From positions 1 through 39,646 of the IMG/VR virus record IMGVR_UViG_3300043416_000264: a DNA stretch of 39,646 nucleotides, one strand, 5' to 3'. Made by a program: the position numbers and the translations under genes. This document shows, in pieces, positions 1 through 9,039 of this stretch. The notes under the pieces were generated by a model. The model ran no database searches, had not been told where the DNA came from, and saw only the letters and a list, made by a program, of their open reading frames with translations. Within the stretch, counting starts at the first letter, position 1; the number at the start of each line of letters is the position of its first letter. This stretch comes from a virus. Taxonomy: Duplodnaviria; Caudoviricetes.

Positions 1-131
1 CTAAAACTAAAGAAAAAAAAGAATATGAAGATAGTGATTATGATGATGAAGAGGACATTGTTGATGAAAATATGGAATATGTGAAAGATAAGTTAGACAA
101 TATTAGGAAGAATAATAAGAGGTTACACTAA
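1..131 (+). CDS. 3' end of an upstream hypothetical protein (partial; acidic tail ending ...NNKRLH*)
   Basis: Open frame from nt 3 (KTKEKKEYEDSDYDDEEDIV...KRLH) to TAA 129-131, which overlaps the next ATG. Confidence 0.65.
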   Translation, partial: KTKEKKEYEDSDYDDEEDIVDENMEYVKDKLDNIRKNNKRLH

Positions 132-406
132 TGTCTATTGAAAAGAACCACTATATAGATATAGACGGTACTGATGATTTTGGATTTACATTTGCTAATG
201 AATCAGAAATAACTAAACCTGTATATTCTTCATTAAATGAACAAGTAAATGATCTAAAAAAAAGACTACAAGCAGTTGAAAAGATATTCATGCCATTACT
301 TATCAATCTATCTCGTGACCCAGATAAAGAAATGATTCGTTGGCCCAATAGAGCAGATGTTATAGAAAGACAAATCAAAAAGCTTAAATCACTAACTAAT
401 GTGTAA
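131..406 (+). CDS. hypothetical protein with a short coiled coil (91 aa)
   Basis: ORF translationally coupled to the upstream stop (TAATG); heptad-like segment LNEQVNDLKKRLQAVE. Confidence 0.7.
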   Translation: MSIEKNHYIDIDGTDDFGFTFANESEITKPVYSSLNEQVNDLKKRLQAVEKIFMPLLINLSRDPDKEMIRWPNRADVIERQIKKLKSLTNV

Positions 407-437
407 TAAAGATATTCATTGAAACAGCGACATACGT

Positions 438-466
438 CTTATAGCACTCTGTCAAGCACTTGTCAA
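438..466 (-). promoter_or_regulatory. antisense sigma70-type promoter (TTGACA-17-TATAAG on the minus strand)
   Basis: Plus strand has TGTCAA at 461-466 (second copy at 450-455) and CTTATA at 438-443, a 17-bp spacer; the minus strand also shows TG before the -10. Confidence 0.5.
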
Positions 467-494
467 GAGAAATATTCATTCCAAGAGGTAATAG

Positions 495-1037
495 ATGAAG
501 AAACAACATTATGTGAACAATAAGCAATTTTATGAAGCCATTTTGGAATATAAGAGACAAGTGAAAGAATCAGAAGAAAAAGAACTTGACAAACCTCGAA
601 TCCCCAACTATATTGGTGAATGCATATATAAGATAGCTGTTAAACTTTCCACTAAACCATGTTTCTATGGTTACTCATATAAAGATGAGATGATATCTGA
701 TGGAATAGAAAACTGTATACTATACTTTGATGACTATGATCCAGTGAAAGGTCAAAATCCTTTTGCTTACTACACTCAGATCATATATTATGCTTTTCTA
801 AGAAGAATTGGAAAAGAAGAAAAGAATAGATATATATTATACAAGAATTTCCAACACGCTATCATCAATTCTTATGACACATCATTGCTAATCGACAATG
901 ATGATAAACACTTGCTTTCCGGACAGTTATATGATAATATTAATGTATTCATGAAAAAGTTTGAGAAGAAAGAGAAAGATAAGAAAGATAAGAGGAAAAC
1001 AGCAAAAGAAGGTTTAGCTAAGTTTTATGGAGAATAA
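495..1037 (+). CDS. gp55: T4-like late transcription sigma factor gp55
   Basis: Motifs HYVNNKQF, PRIPNYIGECIYKIA, YSYKDEMISDGIENC, NPFAYYTQIIYYAFLRRI; position upstream of gp47/gp46. Confidence 0.95.
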   Translation: MKKQHYVNNKQFYEAILEYKRQVKESEEKELDKPRIPNYIGECIYKIAVKLSTKPCFYGYSYKDEMISDGIENCILYFDDYDPVKGQNPFAYYTQIIYYAFLRRIGKEEKNRYILYKNFQHAIINSYDTSLLIDNDDKHLLSGQLYDNINVFMKKFEKKEKDKKDKRKTAKEGLAKFYGE

Positions 1038-1039
1038 TA

Positions 1040-1246
1040 ATGAAAAAAGAAGCACAAGCTAATGTTCCATTTCAAGTACAACATCTTATTGATTCTATGT
1101 TGAATACTAAAGATGATATCTATCTTCGTGGCAATTTTCGTGGACGACTAGACTATATCCGTGAACAAATTGAACTGACTATCAAGAAATATGATAGAGA
1201 ATTAATGCAAAACAATATGAGAAAAGATAAAAAGAAACATGCTTAG
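1040..1246 (+). CDS. hypothetical protein (68 aa)
   Basis: ORF with GGAG RBS immediately after gp55. Confidence 0.7.
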   Translation: MKKEAQANVPFQVQHLIDSMLNTKDDIYLRGNFRGRLDYIREQIELTIKKYDRELMQNNMRKDKKKHA

Positions 1247-1250
1247 GTGA

Positions 1251-1394
1251 TTATATGAAGAAACTGGAATATCTAAACACTTATACAACAAATATTACTT
1301 AAAAGGATTTGATCCATCTTATAGAATACAATGTAATGGCCCTGTTCCTAGAAACTATATCCATAAAAAATTAACAGAAAAGGAGAATCAGTGA
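1251..1394 (+). pseudogene. start-less C-terminal remnant of a probable homing endonuclease
   Basis: Stop-free frame LYEETGISKHLYNKYYLKGFDPSYRIQCNGP...KENQ*, with no start codon, filling the gap exactly and ending at the gp47 start (GTGATG); resembles C-terminal DNA-binding tails of phage homing endonucleases as recalled, not searched. Confidence 0.45.
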
Positions 1395-2474
1395 TGGCAA
1401 AAATTGTCCTTATAGCTGATAGTCACTTTCGGAATTCGTAATGATAGTCCAGTATTTCACGAATACTTCAAGAAATCCTTGAAGTATTTTTTTGATTTTA
1501 TTGATACCAACAATATTAAATACGTTATTCACTTAGGTGATTTGTTTGATAGAAGAAAATATCTCAGCTTTTTGACATCATCTGTTTGTCGCAACGAATT
1601 TCTTACACCACTTCAAGAAAGAAATATTCAAACACATATCATTGCAGGAAACCATGATCACTATTATAAGGACACATATGAAGTTAATGCACTTGATGAA
1701 ATTGTAGGAACAAGATATTCATCAATCAAAACATACAATCTTCCTGAATTGATTAATATTGATGGACTGGATATTCAATTGCTGCCCTGGATCAATCAAA
1801 AGAATCAACAAATATCATTTGACACTATCAATAACACAAAAGCACCAATTCTGATTGGCCACTTAGAACTAAACGGTTTTGAAATGTTCAAGGGCACTGT
1901 ATCCGACCATGGTATTAATAAGAATGTTTTTACAAAGTTTGGATCAGTATTTTCTGGACACTATCACCATAAGTCATCAAAAGACAATATTCATTATATT
2001 GGTGCATTTGCAGAATACATTTGGTCTGATTATAATGATCCTCGTGGATTTACTATATTAGATACACAAACACGAAAATTTGATTTCATTCAGAATCCTT
2101 ATACCATATTCAAAATGTTGTCTTATGATGATATCAAACATCCAGATATCATTCAAAAAATACAGAATACAGATTACAGTATGCATAAAGATTGTTATGT
2201 CAAAGTTCTGTGTATGAATAAGACTAATCAATTTGCTTTTGATCTTATGCTAGATAAGTTGTATAAAGCTGGTCCTATTGATATTTCTATCATTGAAGAT
2301 ATTTCTTTACTCATAGAGTCTGATGAAACTGTAAATATAGATCAGGTTCAAGACACGCCAACAATACTAAGCAACTATATTAAAAACTTGACTTTGAATG
2401 TTGACAATGATAAGATGATCTCTTTTATGAGAGATATCTATGCTGAAGCATTAGCTACGGAACATATTGAATGA
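1394..2474 (+). CDS. gp47: recombination endonuclease subunit gp47 (Mre11/SbcD-like), interrupted by a +1 frameshift at about 1427-1430
   Basis: AGGAG RBS, then ATG 1394 gives MAKIVLIADSHF (motif I) ending at TAA 1439-1441; the +1 frame continues FGIRNDSPVFHEYF into the 331-aa ORF with HLGDLFDRR, AGNHD, GHLEL and SGHYHH. Confidence 0.9.
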
Positions 2475-4180
2475 TTATTTTCAAGAGAATACGATGGAAA
2501 AATTTATTGTCTACTGGCAATATCTTTACAGAAATACAACTTAATGCTGAATCCAACAATCTTATTATAGGTTCAAACGGAGCAGGCAAATCAACTATCC
2601 TAGATGCATTGACGTTTGTTCTTTTTGGTAAACCATTTCGTAAAATCAATAAGCCACAACTGTTGAATTCTATCAACGGTAAAGAATGTATTGTTGAAAT
2701 CGAGTTTGAAACAAACAATAAGAAGTATAAAGTAGTTCGTGGTATTAAGCCTAATGTGTTTGAGATTTACTGTGATAACATTTGTCTCAATCAAGATTCG
2801 GCATCTAAAGATTATCAAGAACATCTAGAAAAGTTTATTATCAAGATGTGTTATAAGTCTTTTTGTCAGATAGTGATCTTAGGATCAGCATCATTTGTTC
2901 CTTTTATGCAGTTATCTCCTGCTGATAGAAGAACAATCATTGAAAACTTATTGGATATCCAAGTCTTTTCAGTGATGAATAATATTGTCAAGAAAAAGCT
3001 TTCAGAAAACCGTGAAGCTTTAGAAAAGAATAAGCTGGAGATATCTAGTAAAAAAGATAAAGAACAATACGTATCATCAATGATTAGTAATCTCAAAAAG
3101 AATAATAAAGAAAAAAGAGATGAATTGAGTGAAAAATATGTAGAGCATAAAAAAATGTTTGAAGCTTTACAAGCAGAGATTGTTGATCTAACAGATAAGT
3201 CTAACGAACAACAACAACAGATTTCAACATTATATGATTTGAAAAAGAGACACAACAAACTTTTAATTCTCAAATCTAAAATTGAGACGAATAAATGTAG
3301 ACATGAAAAAGAACTATCGTTTTATTCTACAAACGAATCATGTCCTACATGCAGACAAACTATTGATGAAGCTTTTAGGTCCGAAGAAGTAAAAAAAACA
3401 ACAGCTAAATTATCTGAGTTTGAATCTGGTATAGAAAACATAACAAAAGAAATTGATGGTTGTATCTCAGACATAGACAATAAAGAAAATATTGTCCGTG
3501 AAATAAATCAGATACAACAACAAATTTCCAACAAAAGTGTTATGTCTCATAGTATCATAGATCAGCAAGCTTTACTTGTAAAAGAGATTGAAAAGTTGGA
3601 TGATTCAAACAATCTTATGACTACAAACAAACAGGAACTGAAGAATGTAAAAAATGTTCTTGAAAAGCTGGAGAAAGAAAGAATTGACTTGTTAGCACAG
3701 AAGCAGTATATTGATACTGGTATAATGCTCCTTAAGGATGGTGGAATCAAGACTAAGATCATTAAGCAATACTTGCCAATCATTAATAATCATATTAACA
3801 AGAATCTAATACAGATGGGTTTCTTTGCATCATTTAATATTGATGAGAACTTTGAGGAACATATTAAGTCTAGATATTGTGATGATTTTTCATATCAGAA
3901 TTTCTCGGAGGGTGAAAAGACAAGAATAGACTTAGCTATTCTGTTTACATGGAGACAGATAGCCAAAATGAGAAATTCTGTAAACTGTAATCTTTTGATC
4001 TTTGATGAAATCTTTGATGGTTCATTAGATACTAATGGAACTGATGAATTTCTTAATATTATGTTTAACATGTTGAAAGATACTAATACTTTTGTTATCA
4101 GCCATAAGGATACAATATTAGATAAGTTCGAAAGAGTATATAGATTTAAGAAACAGAAAAACTTTAGTCATTTAACTTAG
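2471..4180 (+). CDS. gp46: recombination endonuclease subunit gp46 (Rad50/SbcC-like ABC ATPase)
   Basis: Walker A GSNGAGKST, zinc hook CPTC, signature FSEGEK, Walker B LIFDEIFD, long coiled coils. Confidence 0.95.
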   Translation: MIIFKRIRWKNLLSTGNIFTEIQLNAESNNLIIGSNGAGKSTILDALTFVLFGKPFRKINKPQLLNSINGKECIVEIEFETNNKKYKVVRGIKPNVFEIYCDNICLNQDSASKDYQEHLEKFIIKMCYKSFCQIVILGSASFVPFMQLSPADRRTIIENLLDIQVFSVMNNIVKKKLSENREALEKNKLEISSKKDKEQYVSSMISNLKKNNKEKRDELSEKYVEHKKMFEALQAEIVDLTDKSNEQQQQISTLYDLKKRHNKLLILKSKIETNKCRHEKELSFYSTNESCPTCRQTIDEAFRSEEVKKTTAKLSEFESGIENITKEIDGCISDIDNKENIVREINQIQQQISNKSVMSHSIIDQQALLVKEIEKLDDSNNLMTTNKQELKNVKNVLEKLEKERIDLLAQKQYIDTGIMLLKDGGIKTKIIKQYLPIINNHINKNLIQMGFFASFNIDENFEEHIKSRYCDDFSYQNFSEGEKTRIDLAILFTWRQIAKMRNSVNCNLLIFDEIFDGSLDTNGTDEFLNIMFNMLKDTNTFVISHKDTILDKFERVYRFKKQKNFSHLT

Positions 4181-4188
4181 GAAAGAAT

Positions 4189-4530
4189 ATGAAAGAATCA
4201 ACAAAATATGATAACTGCTTAGATGCCAAAGCATCAGAAGAAATGAATAGCTTGACTAAATATCTTGATTTGTCTGAAGAGGAAAAGAAGACACTAGAAG
4301 AAGATGATAGTAAAGAGTGGAAGAAGCTCTGGAAAGGTATGCCAGAGTATGAGCAAGAAAACAATCCACCATTTAAGAAGCTAATCATATCATTTAGGAG
4401 TAAAGAGGATTATGAAGAATTTGCTAAGTTAGTAGATCAAGCATTGACAGAAAAGACTAAGAGTATCTGGTATCCAAAGCTTGATCGAGATGCAAATAAA
4501 CTTCTAAGATGGATTGAAGAAAATGACTAA
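4189..4530 (+). CDS. small protein associated with the downstream glycosyltransferase
   Basis: WKGMPEYEQE...ISFRSKEDYEEFAKLVDQALTEKTKSIWYP; overlaps the next gene. Confidence 0.6.
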   Translation: MKESTKYDNCLDAKASEEMNSLTKYLDLSEEEKKTLEEDDSKEWKKLWKGMPEYEQENNPPFKKLIISFRSKEDYEEFAKLVDQALTEKTKSIWYPKLDRDANKLLRWIEEND

Positions 4531-5434
4531 TCCTGTAAATCCTGTTTATATTGTTTCTAAAGGCCGTGCAGATTCTTCTTTTACGTCACGGTCCCTGGCC
4601 AGAATGAAAGTTCCACATTATATCATTATTGAACCACAAGATGAGAAATCATATAGAAAATCATTGATAACTCATGGAACAAAAGACTATGTTACATTGA
4701 TTGTAGCACCATTCTCTAATCACGGTGATGGTCCAGGTAGAGCTAGAAACTATGCTTGGGATCATTCAATATCAATCGGTGCTGAGAAGCATTGGGTTTT
4801 AGATTGTAACATTTCAGATTTCTATAGACTTCATAAGAATATGAGAATTCGAGTAGAATCTGGTGCTATATTCAAAGCTGCTGAAGACTTTGTTGATAGA
4901 TTTGAAAATGTTCCTATTTCCGGATTTCAATATAGATTCTTTATTGCACCAAATAGTTATTATCCAGCATTTGTAAAGAATACTCGAATATATTCTACTT
5001 TGCTTATTTCAAATGATTGTAAGTTTCGTTGGAGGCTACGCTACAATGAAGATACTGATATTTGTTTGAGAGTTCTAAAAGATGGTGATTGTACACTTCA
5101 ATTCAACGCATTTCTGCAAGGTAAAGCTGCTACTCAGACTGTGAAGGGTGGAAACACGGCTGAATTCTATCATGCTGAGGGTGTTCTAGACAAATCACAG
5201 TGGCGGGATGGACAATTAAATCCTACAGGAACAGTTAATAAATCTCAAATGCTTGTTGATGCACATCCTGATGTAGCAAGACTTGTCTGGAGATATGGAA
5301 GAATTCATCATCATGTTGATTACTCTATATTTAAGAAGAATAAACTAATACTCAAGAAAGACTTGGATATATCAAGTGTTCCTAAAGTAAACAACTATGG
5401 AATGAAGTTGATTACTAATTTTACTGGCAACTAG
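4523..5434 (+). CDS. TET-associated/GREB1-like GT-A glycosyltransferase (putative DNA base modification)
   Basis: PVYIVSKGR, GPGRARNYAWDHS, HWVLD(C)NI, NTRIYS, RYNEDTD, KGGNT and RIHHHVDY motifs; ATG 4523 preferred over TTG 4514. Confidence 0.7.
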   Translation: MTNPVNPVYIVSKGRADSSFTSRSLARMKVPHYIIIEPQDEKSYRKSLITHGTKDYVTLIVAPFSNHGDGPGRARNYAWDHSISIGAEKHWVLDCNISDFYRLHKNMRIRVESGAIFKAAEDFVDRFENVPISGFQYRFFIAPNSYYPAFVKNTRIYSTLLISNDCKFRWRLRYNEDTDICLRVLKDGDCTLQFNAFLQGKAATQTVKGGNTAEFYHAEGVLDKSQWRDGQLNPTGTVNKSQMLVDAHPDVARLVWRYGRIHHHVDYSIFKKNKLILKKDLDISSVPKVNNYGMKLITNFTGN

Positions 5435-5435
5435 C

Positions 5436-5501
5436 TATGCATCCGTTGCATACCAGCTATGCAAAAATAACTGTTGTATATCTGGTCCGGCCATGTATGA
5501 T
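5436..5501 (+). promoter_or_regulatory. triple half-site operator plus sigma70-like promoter (copy 1)
   Basis: TATGCA 5436, TGCATA 5447, TATGCA 5458; TTGTAT 5474-5479, 16-bp spacer, TATGAT 5496-5501; same layout at 36131. Confidence 0.6.
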
Positions 5502-5528
5502 ATGTCTAAATCAACAAATGAGGCATTC

Positions 5529-7649
5529 ATGACGACTCCATCTATCAGCTTTGAAATCAAATCTCAGCTGGCAAAGCTTCTTGCCACTGAAAATCTCACT
5601 ATCCGTCATAATCCATCAGCACAGACTGCTTATTTTGACACGAAATCACGTGAGCTTGTTCTTCCTGTTTGGCAGAACATTTCAGAAGATTTGTATGATA
5701 TGCTGGTTGTACATGAAGTCGGACATGCCCTTGATACTCCTGCTGATGATTGGTTATCTGCAATCAATAATATTGCTGACAATCATTTTGAAAAACCTAC
5801 TGATAAGAATAAGATGGCAGTCAGGGGTTTCTTGAATGTCATTGAAGATGCACGTATTGATAAGCTCCAGAAACGTCGTTATCCTGGTTCTAAGCGGAAC
5901 TATGTGAATGGATACAAAGAACTTTATGAACGTGATTTCTTTGGCATTGCAAAGAAAGATGTAAATTCATTGACATTAATTGATCGTATTAATATATTCT
6001 TCAAGCACGGCGCTTGTTTCAATATTCAATTTACGGAAGAAGAACGTGTGTTTCTTCGCCGTATTGATAATGCTGAAACGTTCAAAAATGTTATTTCCAT
6101 TACAAATGACATTTTTGGATTTTCTATCGAAAAAAGAGATTTCAAGAATAAAACCACAGGCGAAAAAGATATCACTGAAGATATGATCGATGAACTTGAT
6201 CAACAAACAATATATGATCAAGATGTTGATCTTGATGAAGATGATACAGATTTTGATGATGAAACAGAAATGGACATCGAAGGTGAAACAAACACTTTTG
6301 ATAAAGATATAATCGATGAAGAATTGGATATTCCTGAGACTGAGAAGAATGCTGAAGATTTCATGAATAATATTGTGGCTAAAGAAAATGTTAGCTATAT
6401 CTATCTCAATACACCAGAATTCAATCATACTAATATCGTGAATGATTACAAAGTGGTTATTGCTGATATCTATCCACAATATCTTAGCAAATCTAAGTTT
6501 GATACAGAATATTCTTCACGTATGAATGATTTCACTTCTTTTAAAAAGAAAGAGATGGATACAATATCTTTCATGGTGAAAGAATTTGAAATGAAGAAGT
6601 CTGCTGATGCTTATGCTAGAACCAGTGTTGCAAAGACTGGCATTCTGGATACTAACAAGATTCATTCGTATGTTTACAATGAAGACATCTTCAGAAAAGT
6701 TTCTCTTGTACCAAATGGTAAGAACCACGGGTTTTTCATAATCCTTGATTGGTCAGGTTCTATGATAAGTGATCTTAAAGATACGATCAATCAGCTGATC
6801 AGCATTGTGCTTTTCTGTAAGCGTATTCAAGTGCCGTTTGAAGTCTATACTTTTATTAATTCCGATCGTATATGTGGTGATTGTCTCAAAGACAAAGAAA
6901 ATTCTGATATTCGGTTTGATAACTTCAATATGAGAAATATTCTTTCGTCTCGAATGAACACAAAGACATTGAATGATGCTTTGTGTTGTTTGTGGTTTAC
7001 ACGCTATGGGTATCAATACACCAATGATATTATGAATTCAACACCACTCAATCAAGCTATCTTAGCATCAGATGTTTTGATCAATGAGTTTCGCCAAAAG
7101 AACAAGTTGCAAGTTGTCAACACGATTGTTTTGACTGATGGCGGTTCTGATCCTATGAAAGTATCATCTAATGCTTATGAACAACAATATTTAAATAAAA
7201 ACCAAAAGTATCAAAAGTATCGATTCTTTATTCGTGATCATGTTACCAAGAAGATGTATGATTCTGGTACCAATACTAGTGGTCATAAAGTAACTGAAAT
7301 CTTTCTTAAGATGCTCAAAGAACGAACTGGATGTAATCTCGTAGGATTTTTCTTGACACGTTCTATGAAAAATTTATATAACCTTTTGAATATTGATTAT
7401 ACAATGCATGATAATTTGACAAAAAAGTTTAAAGAAGACTTGTTCGTTAAATTACATAATGTTGGATATGATGAATATTATTGTGTTAATGTGCGTCAAA
7501 TGTCACTAAATCAAAATGACACATTGAACGTAAATTCTGATATGTCTCAAAAAGGTATTGTAAAACAATTCATCAAGTTTTCAGAAAAGAAATCAGTAAA
7601 TCGTGCTTTGCTTACGACATTCATTAACAGGGTAACGAAAGCAGCATAA
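5529..7649 (+). CDS. CobT-like protein: N-terminal HExxH domain, acidic linker, C-terminal vWA domain
   Basis: HEVGHAL, LNVIEDARIDK, D/E-rich linker, MIDAS DWSGSM, STPLN and LTDG; GAGG RBS favours ATG 5529 over 5493. Confidence 0.8.
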   Translation: MTTPSISFEIKSQLAKLLATENLTIRHNPSAQTAYFDTKSRELVLPVWQNISEDLYDMLVVHEVGHALDTPADDWLSAINNIADNHFEKPTDKNKMAVRGFLNVIEDARIDKLQKRRYPGSKRNYVNGYKELYERDFFGIAKKDVNSLTLIDRINIFFKHGACFNIQFTEEERVFLRRIDNAETFKNVISITNDIFGFSIEKRDFKNKTTGEKDITEDMIDELDQQTIYDQDVDLDEDDTDFDDETEMDIEGETNTFDKDIIDEELDIPETEKNAEDFMNNIVAKENVSYIYLNTPEFNHTNIVNDYKVVIADIYPQYLSKSKFDTEYSSRMNDFTSFKKKEMDTISFMVKEFEMKKSADAYARTSVAKTGILDTNKIHSYVYNEDIFRKVSLVPNGKNHGFFIILDWSGSMISDLKDTINQLISIVLFCKRIQVPFEVYTFINSDRICGDCLKDKENSDIRFDNFNMRNILSSRMNTKTLNDALCCLWFTRYGYQYTNDIMNSTPLNQAILASDVLINEFRQKNKLQVVNTIVLTDGGSDPMKVSSNAYEQQYLNKNQKYQKYRFFIRDHVTKKMYDSGTNTSGHKVTEIFLKMLKERTGCNLVGFFLTRSMKNLYNLLNIDYTMHDNLTKKFKEDLFVKLHNVGYDEYYCVNVRQMSLNQNDTLNVNSDMSQKGIVKQFIKFSEKKSVNRALLTTFINRVTKAA

Positions 7650-7697
7650 TTTTACAGAAAGATGGTAAAAATAGCAATAATTTTTCACTATCCACTG

Positions 7698-7726
7698 TTG
7701 ACACGCCTCTAGTGTTCTGCTACTAT
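7698..7726 (+). promoter_or_regulatory. sigma70-type (early) promoter
   Basis: TTGACA-17 bp-TACTAT with extended -10 TG. Confidence 0.7.
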
Positions 7727-7754
7727 ATACCAATCTTGAACAAGGAAATACATC

Positions 7755-8930
7755 ATGCCTAAGACCGTTGATCGTTCCATCTTCGTAAATGCAGTCCGTG
7801 CTATGTTTGGTAACAATACTGATGTTCTGTCACGTGAACAAGTTCTGAATGTATGTGAAAAAAACAATATTAATTATCCAACTTGGTTGACTAATGATCC
7901 AGATAATCGTGCTGGTCGTGGAATGTACAGGCTGCCAGTGTCTAAAAAACAAGCTAAGTCTGCTCCTGATGTCCTTCCTTCGTCAGTTGAGAAGTCATTT
8001 GCTGCGGTTGACATGGCACTGGCAGCTGTACCACTGAATTTTCAACAACAAGTTAGTCTTATTCCAGATAAAGTCAATGGTTATGTACCATTTGGTCACT
8101 TCTCTGATGTTCGATTAATCATTAAGTCTGGTAAGTTCTATCCAGTTTATGTTACTGGTCTTTCTGGCAACGGTAAAACTATGATGATTGAACAAGTATG
8201 TGCAGTTGAAAAGCGTGAATGCATCCGTGTAAACATTACAATTGAGACTGACGAAGATGATCTTATCGGTGGTTTTCGATTGATTGATGGTAAGACTGTA
8301 TGGCATAATGGTCCAGTAATTCAAGCAATGGAACGTGGCGCTGTTTTGCTTTTGGACGAAATTGATCTTGGTTCTAATAAGCTTATGTGCTTACAGCCTG
8401 TCCTTGAGGGTAAGTCTGTATATCTGAAAAAGATCAACAAGCTGATCACTCCTGTATCCGGTTTCAGCATCATTGCCACAGCTAACACAAAGGGTAAAGG
8501 TTCTGACGATGGTCGCTTTATCGGCACCAACGTTATGAATGAAGCTTTTCTTGAACGATTCTCTATCACTCTTGAACAAGAATATCCTAATAACAAGACC
8601 GAAACTAAGATTTTGACAAATGTTCTGTCTTCTTCCAATATTGAAGATGGCGAATTTGTAAAGAGACTTGTTTCATGGGCTGATGTTATTCGTAAGTCTT
8701 TTGCTGAAGGTGCAGTTTCTGATATCATCTCTACACGGCGTTTGGTACATATTTGTGAAGCATATGCGATATTCAATCGTGATCGTGAGAAAGCCATACA
8801 GTTGTGTCTCAATCGGTTCGATGCTGATACAAAGAACAGCTTTCTTGATCTGTATAAGAAGCTGGACGACACAATCAATCCAATTGATCAGACAGTAACA
8901 ACAAAGTTAACGGATGAAGTTCCGTTCTAA
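7755..8930 (+). CDS. CobS-like MoxR-family AAA+ ATPase
   Basis: Walker A GLSGNGKT, ETDEDDLIGG, Walker B LLLDEID, IATANTKGKGSDDGRF, NEAFLERF, ISTRRL. Confidence 0.9.
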   Translation: MPKTVDRSIFVNAVRAMFGNNTDVLSREQVLNVCEKNNINYPTWLTNDPDNRAGRGMYRLPVSKKQAKSAPDVLPSSVEKSFAAVDMALAAVPLNFQQQVSLIPDKVNGYVPFGHFSDVRLIIKSGKFYPVYVTGLSGNGKTMMIEQVCAVEKRECIRVNITIETDEDDLIGGFRLIDGKTVWHNGPVIQAMERGAVLLLDEIDLGSNKLMCLQPVLEGKSVYLKKINKLITPVSGFSIIATANTKGKGSDDGRFIGTNVMNEAFLERFSITLEQEYPNNKTETKILTNVLSSSNIEDGEFVKRLVSWADVIRKSFAEGAVSDIISTRRLVHICEAYAIFNRDREKAIQLCLNRFDADTKNSFLDLYKKLDDTINPIDQTVTTKLTDEVPF

Positions 8931-8937
8931 AAAGAAC

Positions 8938-8966
8938 TTGACAGGTTCAATTGTTCCTGTCATAAT
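8938..8966 (+). promoter_or_regulatory. sigma70-type promoter with an internal inverted repeat
   Basis: TTGACA-17 bp-CATAAT; GACAGG 8940-8945 pairs with CCTGTC 8956-8961. Confidence 0.6.
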
Positions 8967-9039
8967 AGATACACAATCATGAAAGGCATCAGTGATTGTG
9001 AATGTTAGTGAAAAGATGCCATTATAATGGAGAAACTGT

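Noticed and set aside
1479-2474. TTG 1479 as the real gp47 start
   Set aside because: It lacks motif I and an RBS; the RBS-backed ATG is at 1394.
5529-8930. Cobalamin biosynthesis function
   Set aside because: No CobN or other cob genes in the window; the motifs support only a generic vWA/MoxR pair.
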